Assembly (NCBI GenBank): GCA_009844085.1
Contig: VYCF01000007.1
Span: forward strand, 1,746 to 65,745
Direction: 5' to 3'
Length of the DNA stretch: 64,000 nucleotides
Source: Gammaproteobacteria bacterium
GTDB lineage: Bacteria > Pseudomonadota > Gammaproteobacteria > Pseudomonadales > Pseudohongiellaceae
The position numbers and the translations under genes are program-made. A model generated the notes under the pieces. It did no database searches. It saw nothing but the letters and a program-made list of their open reading frames with translations, and had not been told where the DNA came from. Below are positions 1 through 12,794 of the stretch, piece after piece (the first letter of the stretch is position 1; every line of letters begins with the position of its first letter).

Positions 1-1
1 C

Positions 2-901
2 GTGCTTTGGCATTTGCGTATTCTGCCCGCGCTGGTGCGCGCCTTTTCCTACGTGTTGCGGCGCAGTCTAGGCGTCGGCGGCGCGGTTGGACTGTCCGCC
101 GCGGCCAACGTCTTCATGGGCATGGTGGAATCGCCGGCATTGATCCGGCCTTGCCTGCGCTCGCTCACCCGCAGCGAGCTTTTCATTGTCATGACCTGCG
201 GCATGGCGACCGTTGCCGGCAGCGTGCTCGTGCTGTATTCGGTCGTTCTGCAAGAAGTACTCGACAACGCTCTCGGCCATGTGCTCACCGCCTCGGTGAT
301 CAGCGCTCCGGCGGCCATCATGCTGGCGGCGATCATGGTGCCCGAAACCGGTAGCAGCAGTGCCGACGATGTCGAATTGCGCAGCAGCTATCAAAGCATG
401 ATGGACGCGGTCACAAAGGGGACCGGCGACGGTCTGCGCCTGATGCTCAATGTGGGCGCGATGCTGATCGTGCTCATCGCCCTCGTGGCGCTGATCAACA
501 GTCTGCTGGCGCTGCTGCCTCAGGTCGGCGGGCAGGATATCAGTTTGCAAGGGCTGTTCGGCTGGCTGTTCGCACCGCTGGTATGGCTGATGGGAATCCC
601 CTGGAGCGAAGCGCCGCTGGCGGGCAGCCTGATGGGAACCAAGACCGTATTGAACGAGTTGCTCGCCTACTTCGCGCTTGCGGAACTGCCGGCGGGAACG
701 CTGGGTGAGCGCTCCACCGTCATCCTCACTTATGCGCTTTGCGGTTTCGCCAACTTCGGCAGCCTCGGCATCATGATCGCTGGACTGAGCGGCATGTGCC
801 CCGAACGCGGCGGGGAAATCGTCGAACTCGCGATGCCGGCGCTGGTGTCGGGCACCCTTGCCACCTGCATGACCGGGGCGGTCGCGGGATTGCTCGTCTG
901 A
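2..901 (+). CDS. NupC/CNT-family nucleoside transporter, C-terminal part (5' end lies outside the window)
   Basis: The ORF is open from the window edge. It encodes a multi-pass hydrophobic protein with CNT C-terminal-domain-like stretches (GMVESPALIRP, TRSELFIVMTCGMATVAGSVL, YALCGFANFGSLGIMIAGL). Stop TGA at 899-901. Confidence 0.75.
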   Translation: MLWHLRILPALVRAFSYVLRRSLGVGGAVGLSAAANVFMGMVESPALIRPCLRSLTRSELFIVMTCGMATVAGSVLVLYSVVLQEVLDNALGHVLTASVISAPAAIMLAAIMVPETGSSSADDVELRSSYQSMMDAVTKGTGDGLRLMLNVGAMLIVLIALVALINSLLALLPQVGGQDISLQGLFGWLFAPLVWLMGIPWSEAPLAGSLMGTKTVLNELLAYFALAELPAGTLGERSTVILTYALCGFANFGSLGIMIAGLSGMCPERGGEIVELAMPALVSGTLATCMTGAVAGLLV

Positions 902-908
902 ATTCCGC

Positions 909-2978
909 TCAGTTGCGCGCGGCCGCGCTCGCGTCGCGGGTTTCCTTGAACTCGTTGCCTTCGTACCACTCGGGCCAGTTCGTTTCGTTCGCCAGGCGAT
1001 TGCCGATCTCGAAATACAGCAATACGTCTTCAGCGGCGCCGGTCAAATCCCAGTCCGGATCGTATTCGTCGCCGGGAGCGTGATAGCGGTTCGCGACGTA
1101 GTCTTCGCTCTGTTCCATGCCCCAGTCATTGCCGTTCTCCCGGCTGTCGGTACCGCCCTCGGCGTACAGCGAGGGCACTCCGGCCCGGGCGAAATTGAAA
1201 TGATCCGAGCGGTAGTAGAAACCCCGTTCGGGAGTCGGCTCCGGGACGATCGTGCGATCCTGCGAGACCACCGCGTCAGCCAGATAGTCTTCGAGTTCGC
1301 TGCTGCCATGGCCGATGACGACGATGTCGCGCACCCGGCCCCAGGTGTTCAAGGCGTCCATGTTGATGTTCGCCACGGTGGTTTCGATCGGATAGACAGG
1401 ATTTTCCACATACCACTGGGAACCGAGCAGGCCGGATTCTTCGGCTGTAACGGCCAGAAAGACGACGGTGCGTTCGGGCGGCGCGGGCTGCTCCAGATGG
1501 AGTTCGGCGAGCGCGAGCAATGCGCCGGTGCCCGTCGCGTTATCCACCGCGCCGTTCCAGATGTTGTCGCCTTCCATGTCGGCAACCATGCCGAGATGGT
1601 CCCAATGGGCGGTATAAATGATTGACTCATCGGGACGCGTCGAGCCGGGAATCGCGGCGATGACGTTCTGTGAACTCGATCCGCGCACGGCGGTTTCGAC
1701 CGACATGGAGGCGCGGATGTCGCCGAGCGGCACGGCGCTGAATCCCGGAACGGCCGCCTGGGCCTTCAGTTCCTCGTAGTCCATCCCCGCCGCGGCGAAC
1801 AAGGCGTTCGCGGTCTCAAGCGTCAACCAGCCTTCGATGGGTGCGAGATGGGAGTTGCCGTTTTCCGCCGCCAGGGTGATCTGCGGGCCGGACCAGCTAT
1901 TGTCGACCACGTCCCAGCCATAACCCGCGGGACCCGTCTCGTGAACGATGAGAATGCCGGCGGCGCCCTGACGCGCCGCTTCCTCGAACTTGTAGATCCA
2001 GCGTCCGTACCAGGTCATCGCGTTACCGTTGAAGAGTTCCGGATCCCGGGTGGCGTAGCCAGGGTCGTTTACGAGCACGATTACGGTCTTGCCTGCCGCG
2101 TCGACGTCGGCATAGTCGTTCCAGCCGCGTTCCGGGGCATTGATCCCATAGCCCACGAAAACCACCTCGCTGTCGTCCACGACGATGGGCGAGTCATGGC
2201 GGCGGCTGCCGATCACCATTTCGGTCTTGTACGCGGGACTGGCGTCGAAGCTGCCGGAAAACTGCAGCACCGGATCGGTGGTAGCGGTAATTTCCACGAC
2301 ATCGACCTGTTGCGTATAGGAATCGCCATTGCCCGGCCCGGCGCCGACGGCGGCGAACTGCTCCGTCAGATAGTCAATGGTGAGTTGCCCCCCGCGCGTG
2401 GCCGGGGCGCGGCCTTCGAACTCATCCGATGCGAGTACCTCCGTATGTTCATGTAAATCTCTGGCGACCGCGTTGCGGGCGCTTGCCGGCTCGGAGTTTC
2501 TCGGCCGCAGATTGCGTCCACGCGGACCGTCGCGGCCGGCCCGGGGCGGACCGCCGCGCCTGACGAATTCGGTCGCGGCCTGACGTTCTTCAGGGGTGAG
2601 CTGTTCGAGTATTTCGATGGTTTGCTCGTGGGACAGAGTCTGGTAGTCCATGCTGGTGCGGCGCAATTGCGCGAAAGCCTCGGCGAGCGCTTCGCGGTTG
2701 AATTCCTCGTCGTCGATGAGTTGATTGACGCGGCGCTGGGCGCGGAACATTTCCGCCCGCGCCGGACGGACGGATTCGAAACCTTCCCGTGCCGCATCCC
2801 CAAGTTCTGTGCGCCTTTCTTCAGAAAGATCCCGCAGAATCCATCCGGTATTCGGCGGGACCAGCGCTTGTGCGTAATCTCGCCTGTCCGCCATGCGCCA
2901 GCCGATGCCGCCGATCAGCAGCAGGTTCATCCCCAGAGAGGCGACTAGCAGAATGACGAGCAGATTGCGTTTATTCAT
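909..2978 (-). CDS. Membrane-anchored fusion protein: N-terminal LTXXQ/Spy-CpxP-like periplasmic domain, Arg/Pro-rich linker, then M28 aminopeptidase with PA domain
   Basis: I chose the ATG at 2976-2978 (MNKRNLLVILLVASLGMNLLLIGG is a TM anchor). It overlaps the upstream stop by 8 nt (ATGAATAA). The N-terminal helical domain has an LSHEQ/LTPEE motif. The peptidase part starts at the usual mature N-terminus (HTEVLASDEFEGR) and carries M28 metal-ligand contexts (AHWDHLG, NGAVDNATGTGALLALAE, FLAVTAEESGLLGSQ, NMD) and a PA insert (GKTVIVLVNDPGY). Confidence 0.75.
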   Translation of the reverse strand: MNKRNLLVILLVASLGMNLLLIGGIGWRMADRRDYAQALVPPNTGWILRDLSEERRTELGDAAREGFESVRPARAEMFRAQRRVNQLIDDEEFNREALAEAFAQLRRTSMDYQTLSHEQTIEILEQLTPEERQAATEFVRRGGPPRAGRDGPRGRNLRPRNSEPASARNAVARDLHEHTEVLASDEFEGRAPATRGGQLTIDYLTEQFAAVGAGPGNGDSYTQQVDVVEITATTDPVLQFSGSFDASPAYKTEMVIGSRRHDSPIVVDDSEVVFVGYGINAPERGWNDYADVDAAGKTVIVLVNDPGYATRDPELFNGNAMTWYGRWIYKFEEAARQGAAGILIVHETGPAGYGWDVVDNSWSGPQITLAAENGNSHLAPIEGWLTLETANALFAAAGMDYEELKAQAAVPGFSAVPLGDIRASMSVETAVRGSSSQNVIAAIPGSTRPDESIIYTAHWDHLGMVADMEGDNIWNGAVDNATGTGALLALAELHLEQPAPPERTVVFLAVTAEESGLLGSQWYVENPVYPIETTVANINMDALNTWGRVRDIVVIGHGSSELEDYLADAVVSQDRTIVPEPTPERGFYYRSDHFNFARAGVPSLYAEGGTDSRENGNDWGMEQSEDYVANRYHAPGDEYDPDWDLTGAAEDVLLYFEIGNRLANETNWPEWYEGNEFKETRDASAAARN

Positions 2979-3438
2979 TGCCTGTCTCCGTCCCGATTTC
3001 GGAATCGGCATACTCGTATAGCGACAGCAGGTACAACTCCTGGTCCCAATAGGCGTAGCCGGGATCCTGCGTGTCCACGCCGAAACTGAACCAGCCGGAA
3101 AGGGCGATTCCGAACGCCAGCGGCAGGCAGGCGGCGAAAGCGGGCCGCCACCATGCAAGCGGAGTATTGCCGGGCGTCAGCCAGTCGACGGTCCGATCCG
3201 CCAGCGCTCTTGTCCGGGCCGGCAACGGCTGACGCATCACCCTGGCTTCCAGGCCGGCGAATTCCGGCGCCTCGATTCGATCGAGCAGACCTTCCATTCT
3301 TTGCTGCGATTGCAACAAATCGCGCGCCTCGGCGCTTTCGCGCAACAGGACTTCGGCATGTTCGCGCTCCCGCGCCGGCCAGGCAGCGCGTTCACAGCCG
3401 CGGACATCGAGCAAATGGGTGAATTCTTCTAGATTCAT
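2971..3438 (-). CDS. Putative anti-sigma factor / single-pass membrane protein of the ECF operon
   Basis: The position between the ECF sigma gene and the downstream periplasmic protein is typical. There is one TM segment (WWRPAFAACLPLAFGIALSGWF). An alternative start is at 3462 (MKRRQAET...), directly after the sigma stop. I recognise no zf-HC2 motif. Confidence 0.5.
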   Translation of the reverse strand: MNLEEFTHLLDVRGCERAAWPAREREHAEVLLRESAEARDLLQSQQRMEGLLDRIEAPEFAGLEARVMRQPLPARTRALADRTVDWLTPGNTPLAWWRPAFAACLPLAFGIALSGWFSFGVDTQDPGYAYWDQELYLLSLYEYADSEIGTETGNE

Positions 3439-3458
3439 GGTTTCCGCCTGCCTTCGTT

Positions 3459-3992
3459 TCATTCTTCTCCGGTTTTCAATGTCTTGCGTAGCGATCGCTT
3501 CGCTCTCGCCAGCAGCGATTCCAGCGCCTGTACGGACACGTCCATGATCGCTGCGGCTTCCCTGTTGGAAAATCCCTGGTAGTGGCACAGGGAGATGGCG
3601 CTGCGCTGGGATTGGGGCAATTGCCCCAGCGCTGCGCGCAAACGCCCCATTTCGCTTTCTGCCGCTACTTCGTCGAGCGGTCCTGTATCCTGCACCGCTT
3701 CCTCTTCCCCCAATTCTTCCCGGCGCTTGCGCAAATGATCGATGCACAGATTGTGCGCAATGCGATGAATCCAGGTCGAGAGCCGGGCCTTGGCCGGCTG
3801 CCAGCTTGCCGCGTTGATCCACAGCTTGAGAAAGGCGTCCTGGGCGATGTCCTCCACGTCGCGCTGGTTGCCCAACATGCGCCAGGCGTAGTGGCTCACC
3901 GGCTTCAGATGACGCCGGACAATGGCTTCGTACGCGGAGTTGTCGCCGGCACAGATAGCAGTCATCAGTTCTTCATCGGTCATCACGCACAA
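3459..3992 (-). CDS. ECF-type RNA polymerase sigma-70 family factor
   Basis: Region 2 (DVEDIAQDAFLKLW, STWIHRIAHNLCIDHLRKR) and region 4 (LPQSQRSAISLCHYQGFSNREAAAIMDVSVQALESLLARAKRSL). A possible alternative start is at 3983 (MTDEEL). Confidence 0.85.
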   Translation of the reverse strand: MCVMTDEELMTAICAGDNSAYEAIVRRHLKPVSHYAWRMLGNQRDVEDIAQDAFLKLWINAASWQPAKARLSTWIHRIAHNLCIDHLRKRREELGEEEAVQDTGPLDEVAAESEMGRLRAALGQLPQSQRSAISLCHYQGFSNREAAAIMDVSVQALESLLARAKRSLRKTLKTGEE

Positions 3993-4160
3993 TCATAACC
4001 GCTTATACGTCAAGCCCGCGGATACCCGTCGCCGGAATTGGGTATGAGAGCCGGCGCTGGCAAGAAAACGCAGTCTGATTTCACCGACCGAATTTGTTCG
4101 CCTGCTTCGCTGAAGTCGGTGTAGACTAGAAGTCTTTCGCCCAAGAAACTGAACGGGAAC

Positions 4161-5084
4161 TTGTCGATGACAATTCATCTCGCGCGCGACCGCCGGCTGG
4201 CGGCCCTGTTGTTCCTGCTTTCGCTGGCGCCATTCGCCGGCGCGGCCGAATACGTCATGGATCCGGAATGGCCCAAGCCGCTGCCGGAAGACATTGAATG
4301 GGGACAGGTGCCCAACGTCACCATCGATCATGAAGGCTATATCTATGCCTTCCACCGCTCCGAGCCGCCGGTGCTGAAATTCGATCCCGAAGGCAATCTG
4401 GTCGACTCCTGGGGCGGCGAGTGGATACAACGGCCCCATGGCTTCCGCGTGACGCCGGACGGCAACATATGGGCGACGGATTATCACCGGCAACTGGGCA
4501 ACACGATCTCCCTGTTCGACACCAAGGGCAATCTGCTCAAGCGTCTCGGGGCGGCCGGATTTACGGGCGCGGGTCCCAATACTTTCGACGGGCCGGCCGA
4601 TGTCGTGCAAGCCGGGAACGGAGACTTCTTCGTGGCCGACGGTCACTGGAACAACCGTATAGTCAAGTTCGACAGTCAAGGCCGTTACCTCATGGAATGG
4701 GGTAAGCGGGGTTCGGGCCCCGGCGAATTCAATCTGCCGCATACCCTGGTGATCGACCAGCGCGGGCGCCTGCTCGTCGGCGACCGGGGCAATGAGCGAA
4801 TCCAGATATTCGACCAGGATGGCAACTACATCACCGAGTGGGATCAGTTCGGCTGGCCCAGCGGCATGTTCATCGACGGGAACGACATCCTTTATGTAGC
4901 CGACTACCAGAGTCTGCGTGGCGTAACCTATGGCAGCGCCGAAACCGGCGAGGTCATGGGCTTCATCGAAGGCTCCGAACCCGAGGGCGTCGTGGTCGAC
5001 GCCGACGGCAACGTCTACACCGGCGAGGTGACCGGCGGAGAAGGCGGCGACGGCATGATTATTCGCAAGTTCATCCGGCAGTAA
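4161..5084 (+). CDS. Secreted NHL-repeat beta-propeller protein (peptidylglycine-amidating-lyase-like fold)
   Basis: Signal peptide (LLFLLSLAPFAGAAE). Repeated NHL-like units (PHGFRVTPDGNIWATD, PADVVQAGNGDFFVADGHWNNRIVKFD, PHTLVIDQRGRLLVGDRGNERIQIFD, PSGMFIDGNDILYVADY). The start is TTG 4161 or ATG 4167. Confidence 0.7.
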   Translation: MSMTIHLARDRRLAALLFLLSLAPFAGAAEYVMDPEWPKPLPEDIEWGQVPNVTIDHEGYIYAFHRSEPPVLKFDPEGNLVDSWGGEWIQRPHGFRVTPDGNIWATDYHRQLGNTISLFDTKGNLLKRLGAAGFTGAGPNTFDGPADVVQAGNGDFFVADGHWNNRIVKFDSQGRYLMEWGKRGSGPGEFNLPHTLVIDQRGRLLVGDRGNERIQIFDQDGNYITEWDQFGWPSGMFIDGNDILYVADYQSLRGVTYGSAETGEVMGFIEGSEPEGVVVDADGNVYTGEVTGGEGGDGMIIRKFIRQ

Positions 5085-5102
5085 TTTTTCCGCCGGAAGG
5101 AC

Positions 5103-5130
5103 TTGCCATAAGCGGCGATGCGCGTATAAT
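5103..5130 (+). promoter_or_regulatory. Candidate sigma-70 promoter of the rRNA operon
   Basis: TTGCCA (5103-5108), a 16-nt spacer, TATAAT (5125-5130), then a GC-rich discriminator (GCGTCGCC), about 280 nt upstream of the 16S. A perfect hairpin GAGACGTT-CATTG-AACGTCTC lies at 5380-5400 in the leader. Confidence 0.4.
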
Positions 5131-5410
5131 GCGTCGCCTTGCCCGGACATATGCGCCGGGCATTGTTCTGTAACAAGTGGGTCAAGCAATAGAGGTGGGT
5201 GCTTGCCGAGCGGATCCGGACGCTAATGAGCCGGATTTTTCTGCGTCAGCAGAATTGTCCGCAAGGTAGGCAACTGCGTTAATTTTATTCGAGTCGGCGT
5301 GATCTTTCGTTCCTCGCGGAGCGAAAGGCCGGAGCGCATGAAAATCATTCAGTTGTCTGTTACCTGTTTACAGGTATCTGAGACGTTCATTGAACGTCTC
5401 TGCAAGTCAT

Positions 5411-6948
<1,538 letters not shown>

Positions 6949-7019
6949 ACGAGCAGTCCGTATCTGTCGGTAAGTGCTCACCTCTATTGCCTGATCCCTT
7001 GACAGGGACAGATCATGAC

Positions 7020-7095
7020 GGGGCCATAGCTCAGCTGGGAGAGCGTCTGGTTTGCATCCAGAAGGTCTGCGGTTCGATCCCGCATGGCTCCACCA
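7020..7095 (+). tRNA. tRNA-Ala (anticodon TGC) in the 16S-23S spacer
   Basis: 76 nt, GGGGCCATAGCTCAGCTGGGAGAGCG...GGTTCGATCCCGCATGGCTCCACCA. The anticodon loop is TTTGCAT, the G3:U70 alanine identity pair is present, and CCA is encoded. Confidence 0.95.
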
Positions 7096-7333
7096 ACTGC
7101 CCGCCGGCTCCATGCCGGCAAAGCGGTCCCGTCGTGAGTGCCTGTTCTGTAACAATTCGGTGAAAGACATGGCGTCGGCAAAGAAGACGCCTGGCTGGCA
7201 ACGGCCGGGCAGAATTATTGTCGGCGAAATGTATGCTGTAACTTAACAAGTTGTACAAGCGCAAAATCCGTATGAAATCGTTACGAGTCGCAAGCAGTTT
7301 TCCGCAAGGCCGGGATTGAGTTTCTGGTTATGC

Positions 7334-10252
<2,919 letters not shown>

Positions 10253-10406
10253 TAACCAGGGGTTTAGCCCCGGTTGCGGAACAAGCTGCGATCGTAATGT
10301 TTCATGCGGACAAGACGCATTGCGACTTGCCTGATACAGCATGCTCCATGTCTCCACCGGATTGCGCCGCGCCATATTGATTGAATGTGCGCCCGGCGAC
10401 AGTTTA

Positions 10407-10524
10407 TGCCTGACGACCTTAGCGAGTGTGAACCACCTGATCCCATCCCGAACTCAGCAGTGAAACCACTCAGCGCCGATGATAGTGTGGGGTCTCCCCA
10501 TGTGAAAGTAGGTCATCGTCAGGC
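10407..10524 (+). rRNA. rrf: 5S ribosomal RNA
   Basis: TGCCTGACGACCTTAGCGAGTGTGAACCACCTGATCCCATCCCGAACTCAGCAGTGAAAC...GTGGGGTCTCCCCATGTGAAAGTAGGTCATCGTCAGGC follows the 5S consensus. Confidence 0.9.
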
Positions 10525-10576
10525 GCCACACAAAAGGCCCCAGCGGCATTTGCCGCTGGGGCCTTTTGTGTGGCGC
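10523..10576 (+). terminator. rRNA operon terminator: perfect palindrome with 26-bp arms
   Basis: GCGCCACACAAAAGGCCCCAGCGGCA-TT-TGCCGCTGGGGCCTTTTGTGTGGCGC. I checked every position 10523-10548 for pairing with 10576-10551. It lies directly after the 5S. Confidence 0.7.
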
Positions 10577-10795
10577 CATCATGACGCGGCGCCTTCGGCG
10601 CCGGTCATGGTGACTCGGGACATCCATGTCCCTCGCCCTTCGGGCGGCGCTTCGCGCCGTCCAAAAATGCTTTCCTGCATTTTTGTCAGGCGCCATGGGG
10701 CTTCGATATTGTTTTCTCACGCCACGATTGACCGTGGGTTTTGACGTGCCGATAATCTGGAAGTGGGTGATGATTCGTGAAATCAAGGGACAGGT

Positions 10796-11494
10796 ATGCT
10801 TTTGAATATTGAAGGGATGGTGAAGAAGTTTCGTACTGAAGAGGTGGAAACCACGGCCCTTGATGAAGTTGATCTGAAAGTTGGCCGGGGTGAGTTCACT
10901 TGCATCATGGGGCCATCCGGCTGCGGCAAATCTACCCTGTTACACATTCTCGGTCTCATTGATAATCCTGACGGTGGAAAATACTGGTTTCTGGATGAAG
11001 AAGTTTCCTCCTATTCCGAACGTCAACGGGCCAGACTGCGCAAGAAGAACATTGGATTTGTTTTTCAGAGTTTCAATCTGATTGACGAACTTACCGTTTA
11101 TGAAAACGTGGAGTTGCCGCTTATCTATACCAGGATTCAATCCGCGGAACGTAAACGAAAAGTAGAAGCGGTTCTGGAAAAAATGAATATGGCCAATCGC
11201 AGGAATCACTTTCCTCAACAATTGTCCGGTGGCCAACAGCAACGAACTGCAGTCGCTCGCGCAATCATCAATCAGCCCAATCTGATTCTCGCAGACGAGC
11301 CCACGGGCAATCTGGATAGCGAACATGGCAAGGAAGTAATGAAGATCCTGACAAGATTGAATGAGGAAGGCACAACCATTGTCATGGTCACTCACTCTCA
11401 GGAAGACGCGGCCGTCGGCAAACGCATCGTGCGCATGTTGGATGGAAACATCATCAGCGAAGCCGAGAACACGGAGAGAACCGTATTTGCTTGA
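10796..11494 (+). CDS. ABC transporter ATP-binding protein (MacB/LolD-type)
   Basis: Walker A GPSGCGKST, Q-loop FVFQSFNL, signature LSGGQQQR, Walker B LILADEPTGNLD, H-loop VMVTHS. Confidence 0.9.
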   Translation: MLLNIEGMVKKFRTEEVETTALDEVDLKVGRGEFTCIMGPSGCGKSTLLHILGLIDNPDGGKYWFLDEEVSSYSERQRARLRKKNIGFVFQSFNLIDELTVYENVELPLIYTRIQSAERKRKVEAVLEKMNMANRRNHFPQQLSGGQQQRTAVARAIINQPNLILADEPTGNLDSEHGKEVMKILTRLNEEGTTIVMVTHSQEDAAVGKRIVRMLDGNIISEAENTERTVFA

Positions 11495-11524
11495 TCCTGT
11501 TGCAATTAGGTGTAACTTGTCGAT

Positions 11525-12784
11525 ATGGCAATGGACAAAGCGATAGAGAAGAAAAGACTTGCGGTCTGGCAATGGGCGCTGATCGCCATGCTGGTTGCGG
11601 CCGGCGGGTGGTATCTCTACCAGTTGCTGGCGGACGCATCCATTCGCACCTATCGTGTTCCACAGGAGCAACTCATCATATCGGACGTCGAATACGGCGC
11701 CTTCGAAGACCTGATTCCGATCCGCGGCACGATTCAGCCCTTCGAATCCGTGTTCCTCGATGCCGTGATCGGCGGCGTCGTCGAAGAAGTGTTCGTGGAA
11801 GAGGGTAGTTTCGTCGAAGCGGGCACGCCATTGGTGCAGTTGACCAACACCTCGGTTCGCCTGAACGCAGCGCAGGCCGATGCGGGAACGACCGAACAAT
11901 TGAATTTCCTGAACAACCTGACGACCGGATTCGAGTATTCCAGGCTGGACACCGAACGCCAGATAATAGACACGGAATATCGCATCATCACCTTGCAACG
12001 CCAGAAGGAGCGATATGAAAGATTGGTCGACGACAGTCTGATCTCGGAGGAAGAATACGAATCGATTACCGATGAGCTGGTTTACCAGGAAAAGGTTCTC
12101 GCAAACCTCAAGGCATTTCAGCAAGTCCAAAACGAAGAACGGGAAGTTCGAGTCAACCAGATACAGGAACAGATCGCGATGCTGGAGGAGAATCTGCAAA
12201 TTTCCCAGACCAGCTTCGATAGCCTGCTCGTGCGGGCGCCCATCTCCGGACAACTCACTTCGTTTCCGGTTGAAATCGGCGAGAGCAAACAGAACGGCCA
12301 GCGCCTGGGTCAGATCGATGTGATTGACCAGTACAAGATAGTGGCCCAGATTGATGAGTTTTACGTGTCCCGAGTGATCGCCGGTCAGGACGCAAGCTTT
12401 ACCCTGGCAGGCCTCGACTACGGCGCCAGCGTGGCCAAGGTCTATCCGGAGATCACCGAAGGAACCTTCGAGGTCGACTTGGTATTTCGAGGCATGCCGC
12501 CGGCAAACCTCCGTCGTGGTCAGACCCTGCAAATCGAACTCACCCTGGGTAACCCCTTGGAATCCCTGCTACTGCCATTGGGCGGCTTTATCCAGGACAC
12601 CGGGGGCAACTGGGTTTTCGTTCTCGATGCTGCCGGAGAATCCGCCACGCGCCGGAACGTTCGGCTAGGCCGCCGTAACAACCGTTATGTCGAAGTCAGG
12701 GAAGGTCTGCAGCAGGGGGAACGTGTCATCACCTCCAGCTACAGCCGGATGGAAGACATGGAACGCGTACAACTGACTCAATAG
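11525..12784 (+). CDS. HlyD/MacA-family periplasmic adaptor (membrane fusion protein)
   Basis: N-terminal TM segment, a lipoyl-like motif (VVEEVFVEEGSFVEAGTPLVQL), a long coiled-coil middle and a beta-barrel C-terminus. It sits between the ABC ATPase and the FtsX permease. Confidence 0.8.
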   Translation: MAMDKAIEKKRLAVWQWALIAMLVAAGGWYLYQLLADASIRTYRVPQEQLIISDVEYGAFEDLIPIRGTIQPFESVFLDAVIGGVVEEVFVEEGSFVEAGTPLVQLTNTSVRLNAAQADAGTTEQLNFLNNLTTGFEYSRLDTERQIIDTEYRIITLQRQKERYERLVDDSLISEEEYESITDELVYQEKVLANLKAFQQVQNEEREVRVNQIQEQIAMLEENLQISQTSFDSLLVRAPISGQLTSFPVEIGESKQNGQRLGQIDVIDQYKIVAQIDEFYVSRVIAGQDASFTLAGLDYGASVAKVYPEITEGTFEVDLVFRGMPPANLRRGQTLQIELTLGNPLESLLLPLGGFIQDTGGNWVFVLDAAGESATRRNVRLGRRNNRYVEVREGLQQGERVITSSYSRMEDMERVQLTQ

Positions 12785-12794
12785 ACGCAAGCAA

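Noticed and set aside
909-3158. An upstream extension of the M28 fusion ORF to 3158 (749 aa), and likewise the extension of the DUF885 ORF to 37909.
   Set aside because: The extensions overlap the upstream genes extensively and are Arg/Pro/Cys-rich. Internal ATGs at 2978 and 37648 give proper TM or lipoprotein signal sequences and short, operon-style overlaps.
3993-5189. A 398-aa minus-strand ORF overlapping the NHL-repeat gene and the sigma-factor upstream region.
   Set aside because: It is antisense to a gene with a clear signal peptide and NHL repeats. The Arg/Ala/Gly/Val-rich composition is typical of a high-GC antisense frame.
10523-10576. The 26-bp-arm palindrome considered as terminal inverted repeats of a miniature mobile element.
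   Set aside because: The arms are directly adjacent, with a 2-nt centre and no internal cargo or target-site duplication. Its position immediately after the 5S fits a terminator.
10940-12532. A 530-aa ORF on the minus strand, spanning the ABC ATPase and HlyD genes.
   Set aside because: It lies antisense to two genes with unmistakable family motifs (Walker A/B, LSGGQ, adaptor coiled coil). Its own translation has no recognisable motifs and a low-complexity composition. It is a shadow ORF.
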